Shown here in pieces: positions 34,362 to 43,740 of a stretch of 64,000 nucleotides of DNA. Made by a program: the position numbers and the translations under genes. The notes under the pieces are model-generated. The model worked only from the letters and a program-made list of their open reading frames with translations, was not told the DNA's origin and ran no database searches. This DNA is from Candidatus Dormiibacterota bacterium (GTDB lineage Bacteria; Chloroflexota; Dormibacteria; Aeolococcales; Aeolococcaceae), in the NCBI GenBank assembly GCA_963709585.1, contig CAVPXI010000006.1, forward strand, positions 192,001 to 256,000, read 5' to 3'. How positions within the stretch are numbered: position 1 is the stretch's first letter; each line of letters opens with the position of its first letter.

Positions 34362-35057
34362 TCAGTCGTGCTGGCCTGCTCTCCGTTGCAGCAGTTCCGG
34401 CTTCCGGATCACGATGCGCCGGCCGTCCAGCTCGACATATCCCAGCCGCTCAAAGGCGTTGAGGACCTGGTTGACGCTCTGCCGCGAACCGCCAACCATG
34501 TTGGCGAGGTCCGACTGAGTCAGATGCAGGTCCAGCGCCCGCCCCCCCGGTACGGGGGTGCCGCGCTCGTCCGCGAGGCGGAGCAGCAGTTTCGCGACGC
34601 GACCGTGCAGGTCCAGGAAGACCAAGTCGGCGGCTTGGTCGGTGAGCCGGCGCACCATCGTTCCCAGCGACCGCAGGAGACGGTCGACCAGCTCGGGCGA
34701 ACCCCGAAGCGCTTCCAGCAACGCAGTTCGACTGATCAGCAACACTGTGGTGGCCTCGACCGCCGCGGCCGATGCCGACCTCAGACCGCCATCGACCGTG
34801 GGCAGCTCACCGAACACCGATGACGGTTCCAGGGTCACGAGCAGCATCTCGTCGCCGTCGGGCGAGCTCCGGTAGACCTTCACGAGGCCGGTGACGACAA
34901 CACACAGTGCGTCACCGGCGTCGTCCTCACGGAAGATGACCTCTCCGCGCGCATACGACCGCCGGACCGCTCTCTCGGCAAGCCGCTCCACGGCGTCCGG
35001 CGGAAGCGTCCCAAAGAGGGAGGTGTTCTGCAGGAGCGCCTCATCGCCGCTGGTCAT
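34362..35057 (-). CDS. Crp/Fnr family transcriptional regulator
   Basis: SD GGAGG; cNMP pocket FGELPTVDGGLRSASA; HTH LTQSDLANMVGGSRQSVNQVL. Confidence 0.93.
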   Translation of the reverse strand: MTSGDEALLQNTSLFGTLPPDAVERLAERAVRRSYARGEVIFREDDAGDALCVVVTGLVKVYRSSPDGDEMLLVTLEPSSVFGELPTVDGGLRSASAAAVEATTVLLISRTALLEALRGSPELVDRLLRSLGTMVRRLTDQAADLVFLDLHGRVAKLLLRLADERGTPVPGGRALDLHLTQSDLANMVGGSRQSVNQVLNAFERLGYVELDGRRIVIRKPELLQRRAGQHD

Positions 35058-35133
35058 TCGACGTGCCTCCCTGGGCGTCACGTTTACAGGCGCGCTCCGA
35101 CGGCGCCGGCGAATTGTAGAGTGCCGGAACACC

Positions 35134-35883
35134 ATGGGTGATCGCGATTCGACGAGAGACGTGCTGGCAGATCTGACACAGCTCGCGGCCGACCTCGGCC
35201 CGGTGCTCCGCCCCCGCCGCGACGAGGAGTTTCTGCAGGCAATCGTCGAAACCGCGCGCCTCGTCTTCGACGCAGCGGCCTGCTCGATCGCGCTCTTCGA
35301 CGAGCGCGAGGAGGAACTCGAGTTCCGTGTCGCCGCTGGGAGTGGCGCCGAGGCGACCATCGGCCTGCGTATCCCCGCAGATCGCGGGATCGCGGGCTGG
35401 GCGCTCATGTCCGGACAGTCGATCGCCGTCGACGACGTCCGCCAGGATCCCCGCTTCGCCGCGGATGTCGCCGAGCGCACCGGCTACGTGCCCAACGCGA
35501 TCATGGCCATGCCGCTGGAGAGCGATCGTCAGACCTTCGGCGTTATCGAGGTGCTCGACCGTCAGCGGGGTGGCGGCGAAGGCGTCGACGACATGGAGTT
35601 GCTCGCCTTGTTCGCCCGACAAGCGACCCTTGCGGTCGAGACATCGCGGATCTTCTCGGGCCTCGGACAGGCGATCCTCGAGTCGGCCGCGCTCGCGACC
35701 CAGCGAGACGACCTTCGCCTCGCCCTTGAGCAGCGAGCCGCTCAGGCACCGCGACCCCAGGCGGAGCTTGCCGAACTCGCGCTGCTCTTTCACGATCTCG
35801 GCGTCCTCGGGCCCGAGGAACGGCGTGTCGCAGCCCGCATTGCAGACGACTTTCTCGCATACGCACGCAAGCAGCGCCGGTGA
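35134..35883 (+). CDS. Stand-alone GAF domain protein
   Basis: AAACSIALFD, GIAGWA, VRQDPRF, AIMAMPL, FGVIEVLD; helical C-terminal extension. Confidence 0.88.
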   Translation: MGDRDSTRDVLADLTQLAADLGPVLRPRRDEEFLQAIVETARLVFDAAACSIALFDEREEELEFRVAAGSGAEATIGLRIPADRGIAGWALMSGQSIAVDDVRQDPRFAADVAERTGYVPNAIMAMPLESDRQTFGVIEVLDRQRGGGEGVDDMELLALFARQATLAVETSRIFSGLGQAILESAALATQRDDLRLALEQRAAQAPRPQAELAELALLFHDLGVLGPEERRVAARIADDFLAYARKQRR

Positions 35884-36686
35884 AGCCGGCCTGGGCGTGG
35901 CAGTTCGACCCGGCGACCCTGCAGCGAGTGCGGGCGTCGCTCCCATCGGCGATCTCACGTGAGTGGGCGTGGGAGGGGAGCACCGGGGCAGGCGTCAAGG
36001 TGGCGGTCATTGACAGCGGGATCGATGCTGCTTATCCCGGAGTCGGGCCCCTCGCCGGTGGTGCGGTCGTCGTTGCCGATGCCGACGCGCCGCGAGGCGC
36101 TCGTGTTATCGAGGGGCCGCACGAGGATCTCTTCGGCCACGGCACGGCGTGTGCCGCGATCATTCGCCAGGCCGCGCCTGATGCCGAGCTGTACAGCATC
36201 AGGGTCCTTGGCGAACGGCTGACGGGACGCGGCATCGTGTTCGCCGAGGGCATGCGCTGGGCGCTCGCTGAAGGCATGCAGGTGCTCAACATGAGTCTGA
36301 GCACGTCGCGCGCAGACTACTTCGGGGTGTTCCACGAGATCGCCGACGACGCCTATTTCCAGGGAGCGATGGTCGTGTGCGCCGTCAACAACGTCCGCGC
36401 GCCAAGCTATCCGTCGCAGTACGCGTCGGTGTTTTCCGTCGCCGCTCACGAGGGACGGGATCCATTTCGCCTCGACTACAACCTCTCGCCACCGGTTGAA
36501 TTCGGAGCGCCTGGGATCGACCTCGAGGTCGGCTGGCTCGGCGGGAGGACCATTCGCGCGACCGGCAACAGCTTCGCGGCGCCGCACATCGCCGGATTGA
36601 TCGCTCGCATCCTCGGCAAGCATCCGGCGCTGACTCCGTTTCAGATGAAGACGGTCCTGATGGCGCTGGCGGACAACGCCTCGTAG
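35880..36686 (+). CDS. S8 (subtilisin-like) serine peptidase, apparently cytoplasmic
   Basis: Catalytic triad motifs VIDSG, HGTAC, GNSFAAPH; no signal peptide; GTGA overlap with the GAF gene. Confidence 0.92.
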   Translation: MKPAWAWQFDPATLQRVRASLPSAISREWAWEGSTGAGVKVAVIDSGIDAAYPGVGPLAGGAVVVADADAPRGARVIEGPHEDLFGHGTACAAIIRQAAPDAELYSIRVLGERLTGRGIVFAEGMRWALAEGMQVLNMSLSTSRADYFGVFHEIADDAYFQGAMVVCAVNNVRAPSYPSQYASVFSVAAHEGRDPFRLDYNLSPPVEFGAPGIDLEVGWLGGRTIRATGNSFAAPHIAGLIARILGKHPALTPFQMKTVLMALADNAS

Positions 36687-36701
36687 TCCGCGTCTGCCGC
36701 T

Positions 36702-36717
36702 TGTCGCTCTGCTGACA
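36702..36717. promoter_or_regulatory. Crp/CooA-type box upstream of a cNMP-binding gene
   Basis: TGTCG-CTCTGC-TGACA, centred about -42.5 relative to the -10 GACAAT (36740-36745). Confidence 0.55.
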
Positions 36718-36752
36718 GACATTGCACCCCCGTTTCGCTGACAATGCGAGAC

Positions 36753-37178
36753 ATGACTGACAAGAAAACGCTGGTCAACCTGCTGAGTCGCAATCAACTC
36801 TTCGACGAGCTGAACAAGAAGGATGTCCTCGCGCTGATCAACTCGGCGAAGGAAGTTGACCACCGCGAGGGTCAGATGATCGTGGTCGAGGGGCATCCCG
36901 GAGTCGGTTTTCATCTGCTTCTTCAGGGCACCGCGATCGTGAGCAGAAATGGCCGAAAGCTCCGGACGCTGGGGCCTGGCGAGACGTTCGGCGATATCGC
37001 GGTCATCGACGGAGGACCTCGCAGTGCGTCGGTGCAAGCAGCGACCGCGCTCCGCACCCTGTCTCTGCCGCCATGGGAGTTCAAACCTCTGCTCCTGGAG
37101 CACCCGCGGATCGCCTACAGGCTGCTCGTCAAGCTCTGCACGCTGCTCCGAGAGGCCGAGAAGCGGCCGCCGCTCTAG
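36753..37178 (+). CDS. Stand-alone cyclic nucleotide-binding protein 1
   Basis: LGPGETFGDIAVIDGGPRSASVQA; no HTH; alternative start at 36744. Confidence 0.9.
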   Translation: MTDKKTLVNLLSRNQLFDELNKKDVLALINSAKEVDHREGQMIVVEGHPGVGFHLLLQGTAIVSRNGRKLRTLGPGETFGDIAVIDGGPRSASVQAATALRTLSLPPWEFKPLLLEHPRIAYRLLVKLCTLLREAEKRPPL

Positions 37179-37219
37179 TCGCCTCGGGGCTGTGAACGCG
37201 GGGCTGATGCGTTCACACG

Positions 37220-40200
37220 TCAGGCACGCGCTTGTTGAGCCTCGGCCGCCGCTCCGGCGTCGAGCATGAGGGCGTCAACACGTTCGATCCACGGCGCGGC
37301 GGCGAGTTCGACGAATGACGTCCGCGCGGGTACGAACAACGCTTCGGCCTCGCCGCGCCGGCCACGATGCACGAGTGTGTCGCCGAGTTCCAATCGTGAG
37401 ACGGCGACCCAGAACGGCATCTGCCGCTGCTGAAACGCTGCGATCGCAGCGAGCGATTCTCGCATCGCGTCCTCTTCACGTCCCTCGAGCTCATCGAGGC
37501 GCGCGCGGAACCGCAGGATATGGGCATGCACGATCGGCCACACCGCGAGCGGGAAGCGTTCGGTTACCGCCTCGAGTAGCCGGCGTACCATCTTGAGGTC
37601 GCCCACGGCGAAAGCGGCTTCCACCGCCTCGACGATCGCCCAGCGCGAACCGTCGACAAAGTCCGAGGCGCCGCTGAAACGCTTTACGACGTCACCCATC
37701 AGCGCAAGGGCTTCACCGCTGCGCCCTTGCGCGCGGAGAATCGCGGAGCTCGCGGCGTCATGCGAGAGTTGATACTCGGGTCCCGCTCGCGCGCAGATGT
37801 CGGCCAAACGCTCGACGAGCCTGCGCGCATCGGGCTCCTCCCCGCGCCACACGTGGGGCCACGCCGCGAAGACCAGCTCGGCTCCGAGCAGCAAGTCCAC
37901 CACCACCACTTCTTTGGCAAGCAAGTCGGCCACCACGCCGCTGGCTTCATCCCAACGACCGAGGTCCACCAGCACGGGTATCCGCCCGATGAGAAATTGG
38001 ATCTCGTCTCGACGCAGTCCCATCAACCGTGCGAGGTCGAGCGCTGCGGCGGTGTATTCTGCCGCGCGCGCGGGTTCGAAACCCTGTAAAGAGGCAGCCA
38101 GGTTGTTATACGCACGCAACGCCGCTCCGTGAAGATCCGACGCAAGAGCCTGGTCGAGCGCACACGTCAGCAGGGCACGCGCCTCCTCGTGCCGTCCGCG
38201 ACCGCCGAGGATGAGTTCCTTGGTATTGACCGCCTGGCAGAACACCTGCGCATGTCCGTGTCGCTCGGCGAAGTCCAGGGCAAGTTCGACCCGCTCCATG
38301 GCGACGACGCCGCTGCGGCCGGACAGAACCATCCGGCGCGCGACCTCCGCCGCGACCACCGCCAGGTCCTCCTCGTGGTTGGCATCGCCAAACTCCACCG
38401 CGCTGAGCTCAACGAACGCGCGCTCCATCCGATCCGCGGCTTGGTCACGCTTCAATTCGTGAGCATCGATTTCGGCCAGGGTGATCGATGTCCGAGCAGC
38501 CGCGCCGAGACGACCGGCCGCCGCGTGCAGCGCAACCGCCTCGTCGAGATGCCGCCTGGCCTTTTGTGCATGGACCTGCTGCCACGCCATCTGTCCGGCG
38601 CGAGCGTGCAGCGTGGCCAGGTCAGCGGCGTCAGCGAGCTCAAGCGCACGTTCGTAGTAGTGCTCGGCGGACGCGGCGGCAGCGAGCGATGCTGCATGGT
38701 CGCCTGCTCGCACCAGCGCATCACGTGCACGCTGGCGGAGTCCCCCTGCGTCGAGGGCATCAACGTCAGCCTCGAACGCCTCGAGGAGGTGCGAGGCGAT
38801 GACTTCGGCAACTCCTTCCTCCTCGCTCCACGCGCTCTCCAGGTATGCGGCCGCGCTCAGGTGGCGCACCTTGCGATCGCGTCGGGACAGTGTCCCGTAC
38901 GCGACGCTCCGCACCAGGTCTTGCACAAAGACATACTGGCCGCGCTCGGGTGATCTCGGGTCCGACTGGATGGCAAGCAGATCTTTGCTGACCAGCGTGG
39001 CGAGGCCCGGCTCGACTGTGTCCGTCGCGAGCGCCGTGACCGCCCGCAGCCCTGCGGCGGTAAAGGATTTGCCGAGGACCGCCGCATCCTGCAACAGCTG
39101 ACGCTCGGCACCACCGATGCTGTCCAGCCGTGCGGCGATCAGAGCGTGGAGGGTCTCGGGGACCTCCAGCGAGTTCGAGCGATCCCTCGACGTGGAACGT
39201 GCCGCCCCTCGCGACGAGGAGGCCGCGGTCCATCAGCATCCGCACCGTTTCGACTGCGTAGAGAGGCACGCCCGCGGCGCGCTCGAGAATGCGCGCGCTC
39301 AGGTCGTCGGGAAGGCCTGGTGCCATGCCGGCCAGCAGCTGCGACATGGCCTCAGGCGGAAGCGGATCCAGAGAGAGCGAGGTGGACCCTCGCTTGCCCG
39401 TGCCCCAACCTGAACGACGATCGGCCATCTCCGGGCGCGCCAGCGTGATCACAAGGATCGGGGAGTTGCGCGACCACTCGAGGAGGTATTCGATGAAGTC
39501 AAGCAGACCGCTATCGGCCCATTGCAGATCCTCGAACACAAGGACGGTGAGGTTCTCTGCAGCGAGGCGCTCGAAGAAGAAGCGCCACGCCGCGTAGAGA
39601 TCGCGCGGATCCGTGGCGACGCGCTCCTCGAGACCGACGAGGTGCGCGAGGCGGGGTTCCACCCACCGCCGCTCCTCACCCGGCTCGACGAATTCCTCGA
39701 CGGTACGCCGCAACTTCTCACGCGCCAACTCCGGTGGCTCGTTGTCGAGAATGCCGGCACGCATACGCACCATCTCGCTCAGCGCCCAGTAGGCGACACC
39801 ATCTCCGTAGGCGAGACAGCGCCCGCGATGCCACCAGATGGGTTCCGTGACCCCGTCGACGTACTTGAAGAACTCCCAACCGAGGCGCGACTTCCCGACG
39901 CCGGCAAGGCCGACGATCGAGAGCAGGCGCGCCGTGCGCTCCTCGCCGGTCGCGTGCAGGAACTCCTTGATCAGTCGCAACTCCCGGTCGCGTCCGACGA
40001 ACGGCGGTTCCAGTCCGGTCGGGCGGAGCGCCCCTCCGGCCGCCGCAACGACGCGTTGCGCTCGCCACAGACGCTCCGGTTCAGGCTTTCCCTTGAGCTC
40101 GTGCACCCCAGTGTCCTCGTAAGCGATCGCGGCTTCCGTGGCGACGCGAGTCCCGTCACCGACATAGACAGCTCCGGGCTCAGCCGCTGCCTGCACGCGA

Positions 40201-40799
40201 GATGCAGTGTTGATGAGGTCGCCGGCGACCATCCCCTCGCCTCTCACTCCGACGCTGACCGCGACTTCGCCGGTCATCAGCCCCGCTCGGGCCTGCAGAC
40301 CGGCCGCACCGACCTCGTCGCCAAATGCGACGACGGCATCGACCAGCTCGAGCGCTGCGCGCACCGCTCGCTCGGCGTCGTTTTCTTGACTGGTGGGCAC
40401 GCCCCACACGGCCATGACAGCGTCGCCGATGAACTTTTCAACCTGGCCACCGTAGCGAGCGATGATCGTGCGCGCGGTGTCGAAGTAGCGACTCAGGAGT
40501 TCGCGGACGTCCTCAGCGTCGCGCTGCTGAGAGAGTGGTGTGAATCCCACCAGGTCGGCAAACAGCACGGTCACATGGCGGCGTTCGGTGAGACGCGCCG
40601 GCTCGATATGGGCTGGCGCAGATGAGGGGCTCGTCCGCGAGGGTTCCGCCGACAGCTGTGCGCCGCACCCGCCGCAAAAACGCTCGTCCTCGTCGTTCGG
40701 CGCCCCGCAGGCGGGGCAAGGCCGGTCCAGAGAGGAGCCACATTGGCCGCAAAAGCGCCGGCCCGCCCGGTTTGCGGAACCGCAGGCGGTGCAGGTCAT
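37220..40799 (-). CDS. Double zinc ribbon / class III nucleotidyl cyclase / STAND ATPase / TPR-like protein, split by a +1 insertion at ~39174 (probable error)
   Basis: Four CxxC; FADLVGFT, EKFIGDAVM, GDLINTASR; Walker A GLAGVGKS, Walker B VFEDLQWAD; restoring GACTC gives LDSLEVPETLHALIAARLD continuing into ORF 37220..39094. Confidence 0.9.
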
Positions 40800-40947
40800 C
40801 CGGGCAAGACTACTCGCCGCTGAGTAGGGTTGACGCTCGAGCCAGGCGAAGGCCGGGACCTTCAGCGATCCGGGGGGCGGGTCGAACTCAAGGTGAGCCC
40901 CGGTTACCTATGATGCACCGCGTCGACAGTGGAGTTGGGAGAACGCC

Positions 40948-41373
40948 ATGACAAGTCGGAGCGCGCAGGTCAACTTGCTCAGCGGGGTCGCGCTCTTCGC
41001 CGGGCTGACCAAGAAGGAGGCCGGGTTCGTGCTCCAATTCATGCGCGATCATGACTATCCGGCTGGGAAGGTCATTGTCGAAGAGGGCGAGATGGGTGGC
41101 CGTTTCTTTCTCATCGTCTCGGGCACCGCAGTGGTAACGCGACGCGGACGTCGTATTCGCAGACTGGGTCCTGGCGATTCGTTCGGAGACATCGCGCTCA
41201 TCGATGGAGGTCCACGATCAGCGACGGTGGCGGCGGAAACACCCGTCAGTACGTTGTCGCTGGCAGTCTGGAATTTCAAGGCAACGCTGCTCGAGAGTCC
41301 GAGCATCACCTACAAGCTGCTGCTGGCCCTTTGCAGAAGACTGCGTGATGCGGAGTCGCGCGCGCCGATCTGA
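40948..41373 (+). CDS. Stand-alone cyclic nucleotide-binding protein 2
   Basis: LGPGDSFGDIALIDGGPRSATVAA; clear paralog of 36753..37178. Confidence 0.9.
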   Translation: MTSRSAQVNLLSGVALFAGLTKKEAGFVLQFMRDHDYPAGKVIVEEGEMGGRFFLIVSGTAVVTRRGRRIRRLGPGDSFGDIALIDGGPRSATVAAETPVSTLSLAVWNFKATLLESPSITYKLLLALCRRLRDAESRAPI

Positions 41374-41383
41374 CCCCCGAGCG

Positions 41384-42658
41384 TCAGGCCACGTCCTGAT
41401 GCCCGACACTCGCGTCGGCGACATTCCCTTCGATGGCGACAACGCGGTCCAGCACGCCCTGACGCAACCCATCGAGCCCGTTACGCACGTCGCCGGTTGC
41501 AGTCGCGATAGAAGTGAGCTTGGACTTCATACCGGCGATCGCATTGAGCTGCGAGCGAATGCCCTCGAGGTCGCGACGAACCGCCGCGGCATCGACAACG
41601 TCCGCATGATCCCTGACCGCGACGAGCGCCAGGGCGCGAGCGAGACGCACGGCGGCCGTGAACGCCGTGTCGTCCGGATCGTCCGGATCGAGTTCGCAGA
41701 TGATGTGCTCGCCGTGCAGCGTGAACGGCGCGCATCCTGCCGGAGAGTTGCCCGCGCGATACACGGCCACAGCCACCACCGCATCGCGATTGCGCCGGGT
41801 CTCATCGAGATCGCGGCAGAGCTTGGCCAGCCCGACCCGACCGCTCTTGGCCTCGACCGCAACGCGGACGGGAAGGCCGCGCGTCCACGAGGGATCAAGC
41901 GTGATCAGAAAGTCGCCTTTGCGACTGCGTACGCTGTTGCCGACAGCGGTCCCGGTCGGCTCGACAAGATCACCGGTCCCGCGCAGCAGCGTGTCGAGAC
42001 GAGCCTCGACGGCATCCTCGAAGTCCAGCCCCTTGGCGGTGCCCTTCTCCCGCTCGTCTGAGCGCGCGTCGCGTGCGGCCTCGAGGCGAATCAGGCGATC
42101 GCTGACGTCCTTCAGCATCTCGCGCATCTCGCCGCGAAATCCATGCAGTGGACTGGCCGCGAGACGCGGATCGAGCATCCGGCTGATGATCGCGCCGTCG
42201 CCGTCGAAATAGCCGGACAGCAACGTGCGCATGCGGCCGATCGCGCTGTCGCGCCGCTCCTCGTCGAAGAGATCGTCGACCAGGCGGCGCAAGGTGCCGT
42301 TCTCGCCGAGGAATTGGTCAAGCGTCCTTGGGAGCTTCCCATCCTTGGCGGCGAACGTCTCGCGCAGTGCGACGTCCAGGGCCGCGGCCGCTCTGTCATG
42401 CGACTCGTCGGTGCGATGCATGAGCCGCTCGAACTCGCGTGCGACGAAGTCGACGTTGAGCGTGACGCCGGCATTGCGCAGCGCGATGAGGCCGACCTTG
42501 AGCCCGCGCTCTACCACCGCCGGCCGATCAACCTCGGGGTGATCGCCGACGTACGCCGCCAATTCGGCGTCGTAGAGGGAAAGACCCGTGACGGCGATGT
42601 GGTCTCCCTCGACGCGAACGTCGCATCCAAGGGTGATGGGTTCTACCTTCCTGAGCAT
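41384..42658 (-). CDS. Coiled-coil protein with PD-(D/E)xK-like nuclease domain (RmuC/DUF2130-like)
   Basis: KGLDFEDAV...KGDFLI...VAVEAKSG flanked by helical or coiled-coil regions; SD GAGGA. Confidence 0.6.
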   Translation of the reverse strand: MLRKVEPITLGCDVRVEGDHIAVTGLSLYDAELAAYVGDHPEVDRPAVVERGLKVGLIALRNAGVTLNVDFVAREFERLMHRTDESHDRAAAALDVALRETFAAKDGKLPRTLDQFLGENGTLRRLVDDLFDEERRDSAIGRMRTLLSGYFDGDGAIISRMLDPRLAASPLHGFRGEMREMLKDVSDRLIRLEAARDARSDEREKGTAKGLDFEDAVEARLDTLLRGTGDLVEPTGTAVGNSVRSRKGDFLITLDPSWTRGLPVRVAVEAKSGRVGLAKLCRDLDETRRNRDAVVAVAVYRAGNSPAGCAPFTLHGEHIICELDPDDPDDTAFTAAVRLARALALVAVRDHADVVDAAAVRRDLEGIRSQLNAIAGMKSKLTSIATATGDVRNGLDGLRQGVLDRVVAIEGNVADASVGHQDVA

Positions 42659-42861
42659 CGCTCTTCCTCACTTCTCTACCCCGCCACGGATCTCCGGCTG
42701 TGAGCGTCGGGTACCCCGGCGACAGGTGCCTGTCGCGTCAACCGCGCTCAGCGAGGACGTGCGCGCGCTGTCCGGGTCGGCCAATCAGGATCGCCACATG
42801 ATGGGGCAGGTCACCCCACGAGGGAGCAAACCGCCTCTGTGGGGTACGATACAATCGTGTC

Positions 42862-43194
42862 ATGACACAATCGCACGAGTTGCGATCCACCGCCGCCTCG
42901 ATCCTCGCCCTGGCCCGGCTCAAAGCCGGTCTCAGTCAGCAACAACTGGCGCAGCGGGCGGGCGTCTCGGCGACCATGATCTCGGCGTACGAGCGCGACC
43001 TTCGTCAGCCGACCGTTCCGACCCTCGAGCGCCTTCTTGCAGCTGCCGGCCTCGAACTGCGCTACCACCTCGAGCCGCGCGACCTCCATGACGAGGTGCT
43101 TGCAAAGCTTGACTCCCACAGGACGCCTGCCGAGCGGAAGCGACGCGACCGGCAGATCGAAGTCTGGCGTCGGGCAACTCGCCTTCCTGGATAA
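42862..43194 (+). CDS. XRE-family HTH protein (putative antitoxin)
   Basis: ARLKAGLSQQQLAQRAGVSATMISAYERDLRQPTVPTLERLL. Confidence 0.9.
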   Translation: MTQSHELRSTAASILALARLKAGLSQQQLAQRAGVSATMISAYERDLRQPTVPTLERLLAAAGLELRYHLEPRDLHDEVLAKLDSHRTPAERKRRDRQIEVWRRATRLPG

Positions 43195-43197
43195 GCA

Positions 43198-43731
43198 ATG
43201 GCTCACGTCGTTCCGGACCCCCAGCTCAACGCGACAAGAATCGTCTCGATTCTCAACAAACACGGCGTCCTGTACATCGTCATCGGAGCCTTCGCGGCAA
43301 TAAGTCAGCGCGCTCCGATTCCGCCGACCAGGCATATTGACTTCACGCCCGAAACAAGCCGACCCAACCTCGACCGGCTCTCCGCCGCGCTCAAGGAGCT
43401 CAATGCTCGAATCCGCACCGCTACCGTTCCGGGAGGCCTGGCCTTTGACCATGACGGGGCGTCGCTCGCCAACGCGACCGTCTGGAACCTGATCTGTCCG
43501 GATGGTGAGTTCGACCTGTCGTTTCAGCCTGCGGCATTTGCGGGCGGCTACTCCGATCTCGCACCCCAGGCACACCGCATTTCGGTTGGGGGTGTCGAGG
43601 TTCTCGTCGCGAGCCTCGCTGATGTCATTCGATCAAAGGAAGCTGCTGGACGGCCCAAGGATCTGCGTGTCCTGCCCACACTCTACCGCCACCTCGAGCG
43701 GCTCGACAAAGAGACCGAAAGCACAAAGTAA
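43198..43731 (+). CDS. Nucleotidyltransferase-fold protein (putative TA partner)
   Basis: YIVIGAFAA...PTRHIDF...FDL...ASLADVIRSKEAAGRPKD; starts 3 nt after the XRE gene. Confidence 0.75.
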   Translation: MAHVVPDPQLNATRIVSILNKHGVLYIVIGAFAAISQRAPIPPTRHIDFTPETSRPNLDRLSAALKELNARIRTATVPGGLAFDHDGASLANATVWNLICPDGEFDLSFQPAAFAGGYSDLAPQAHRISVGGVEVLVASLADVIRSKEAAGRPKDLRVLPTLYRHLERLDKETESTK

Positions 43732-43740
43732 TCCGCGCGA

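Noticed and set aside
34362-35057. Identifying the Crp protein as CooA
   Set aside because: It retains a canonical cNMP pocket, shows no evident heme ligands and has no coo genes nearby; only the DNA-recognition helix is CooA-like.
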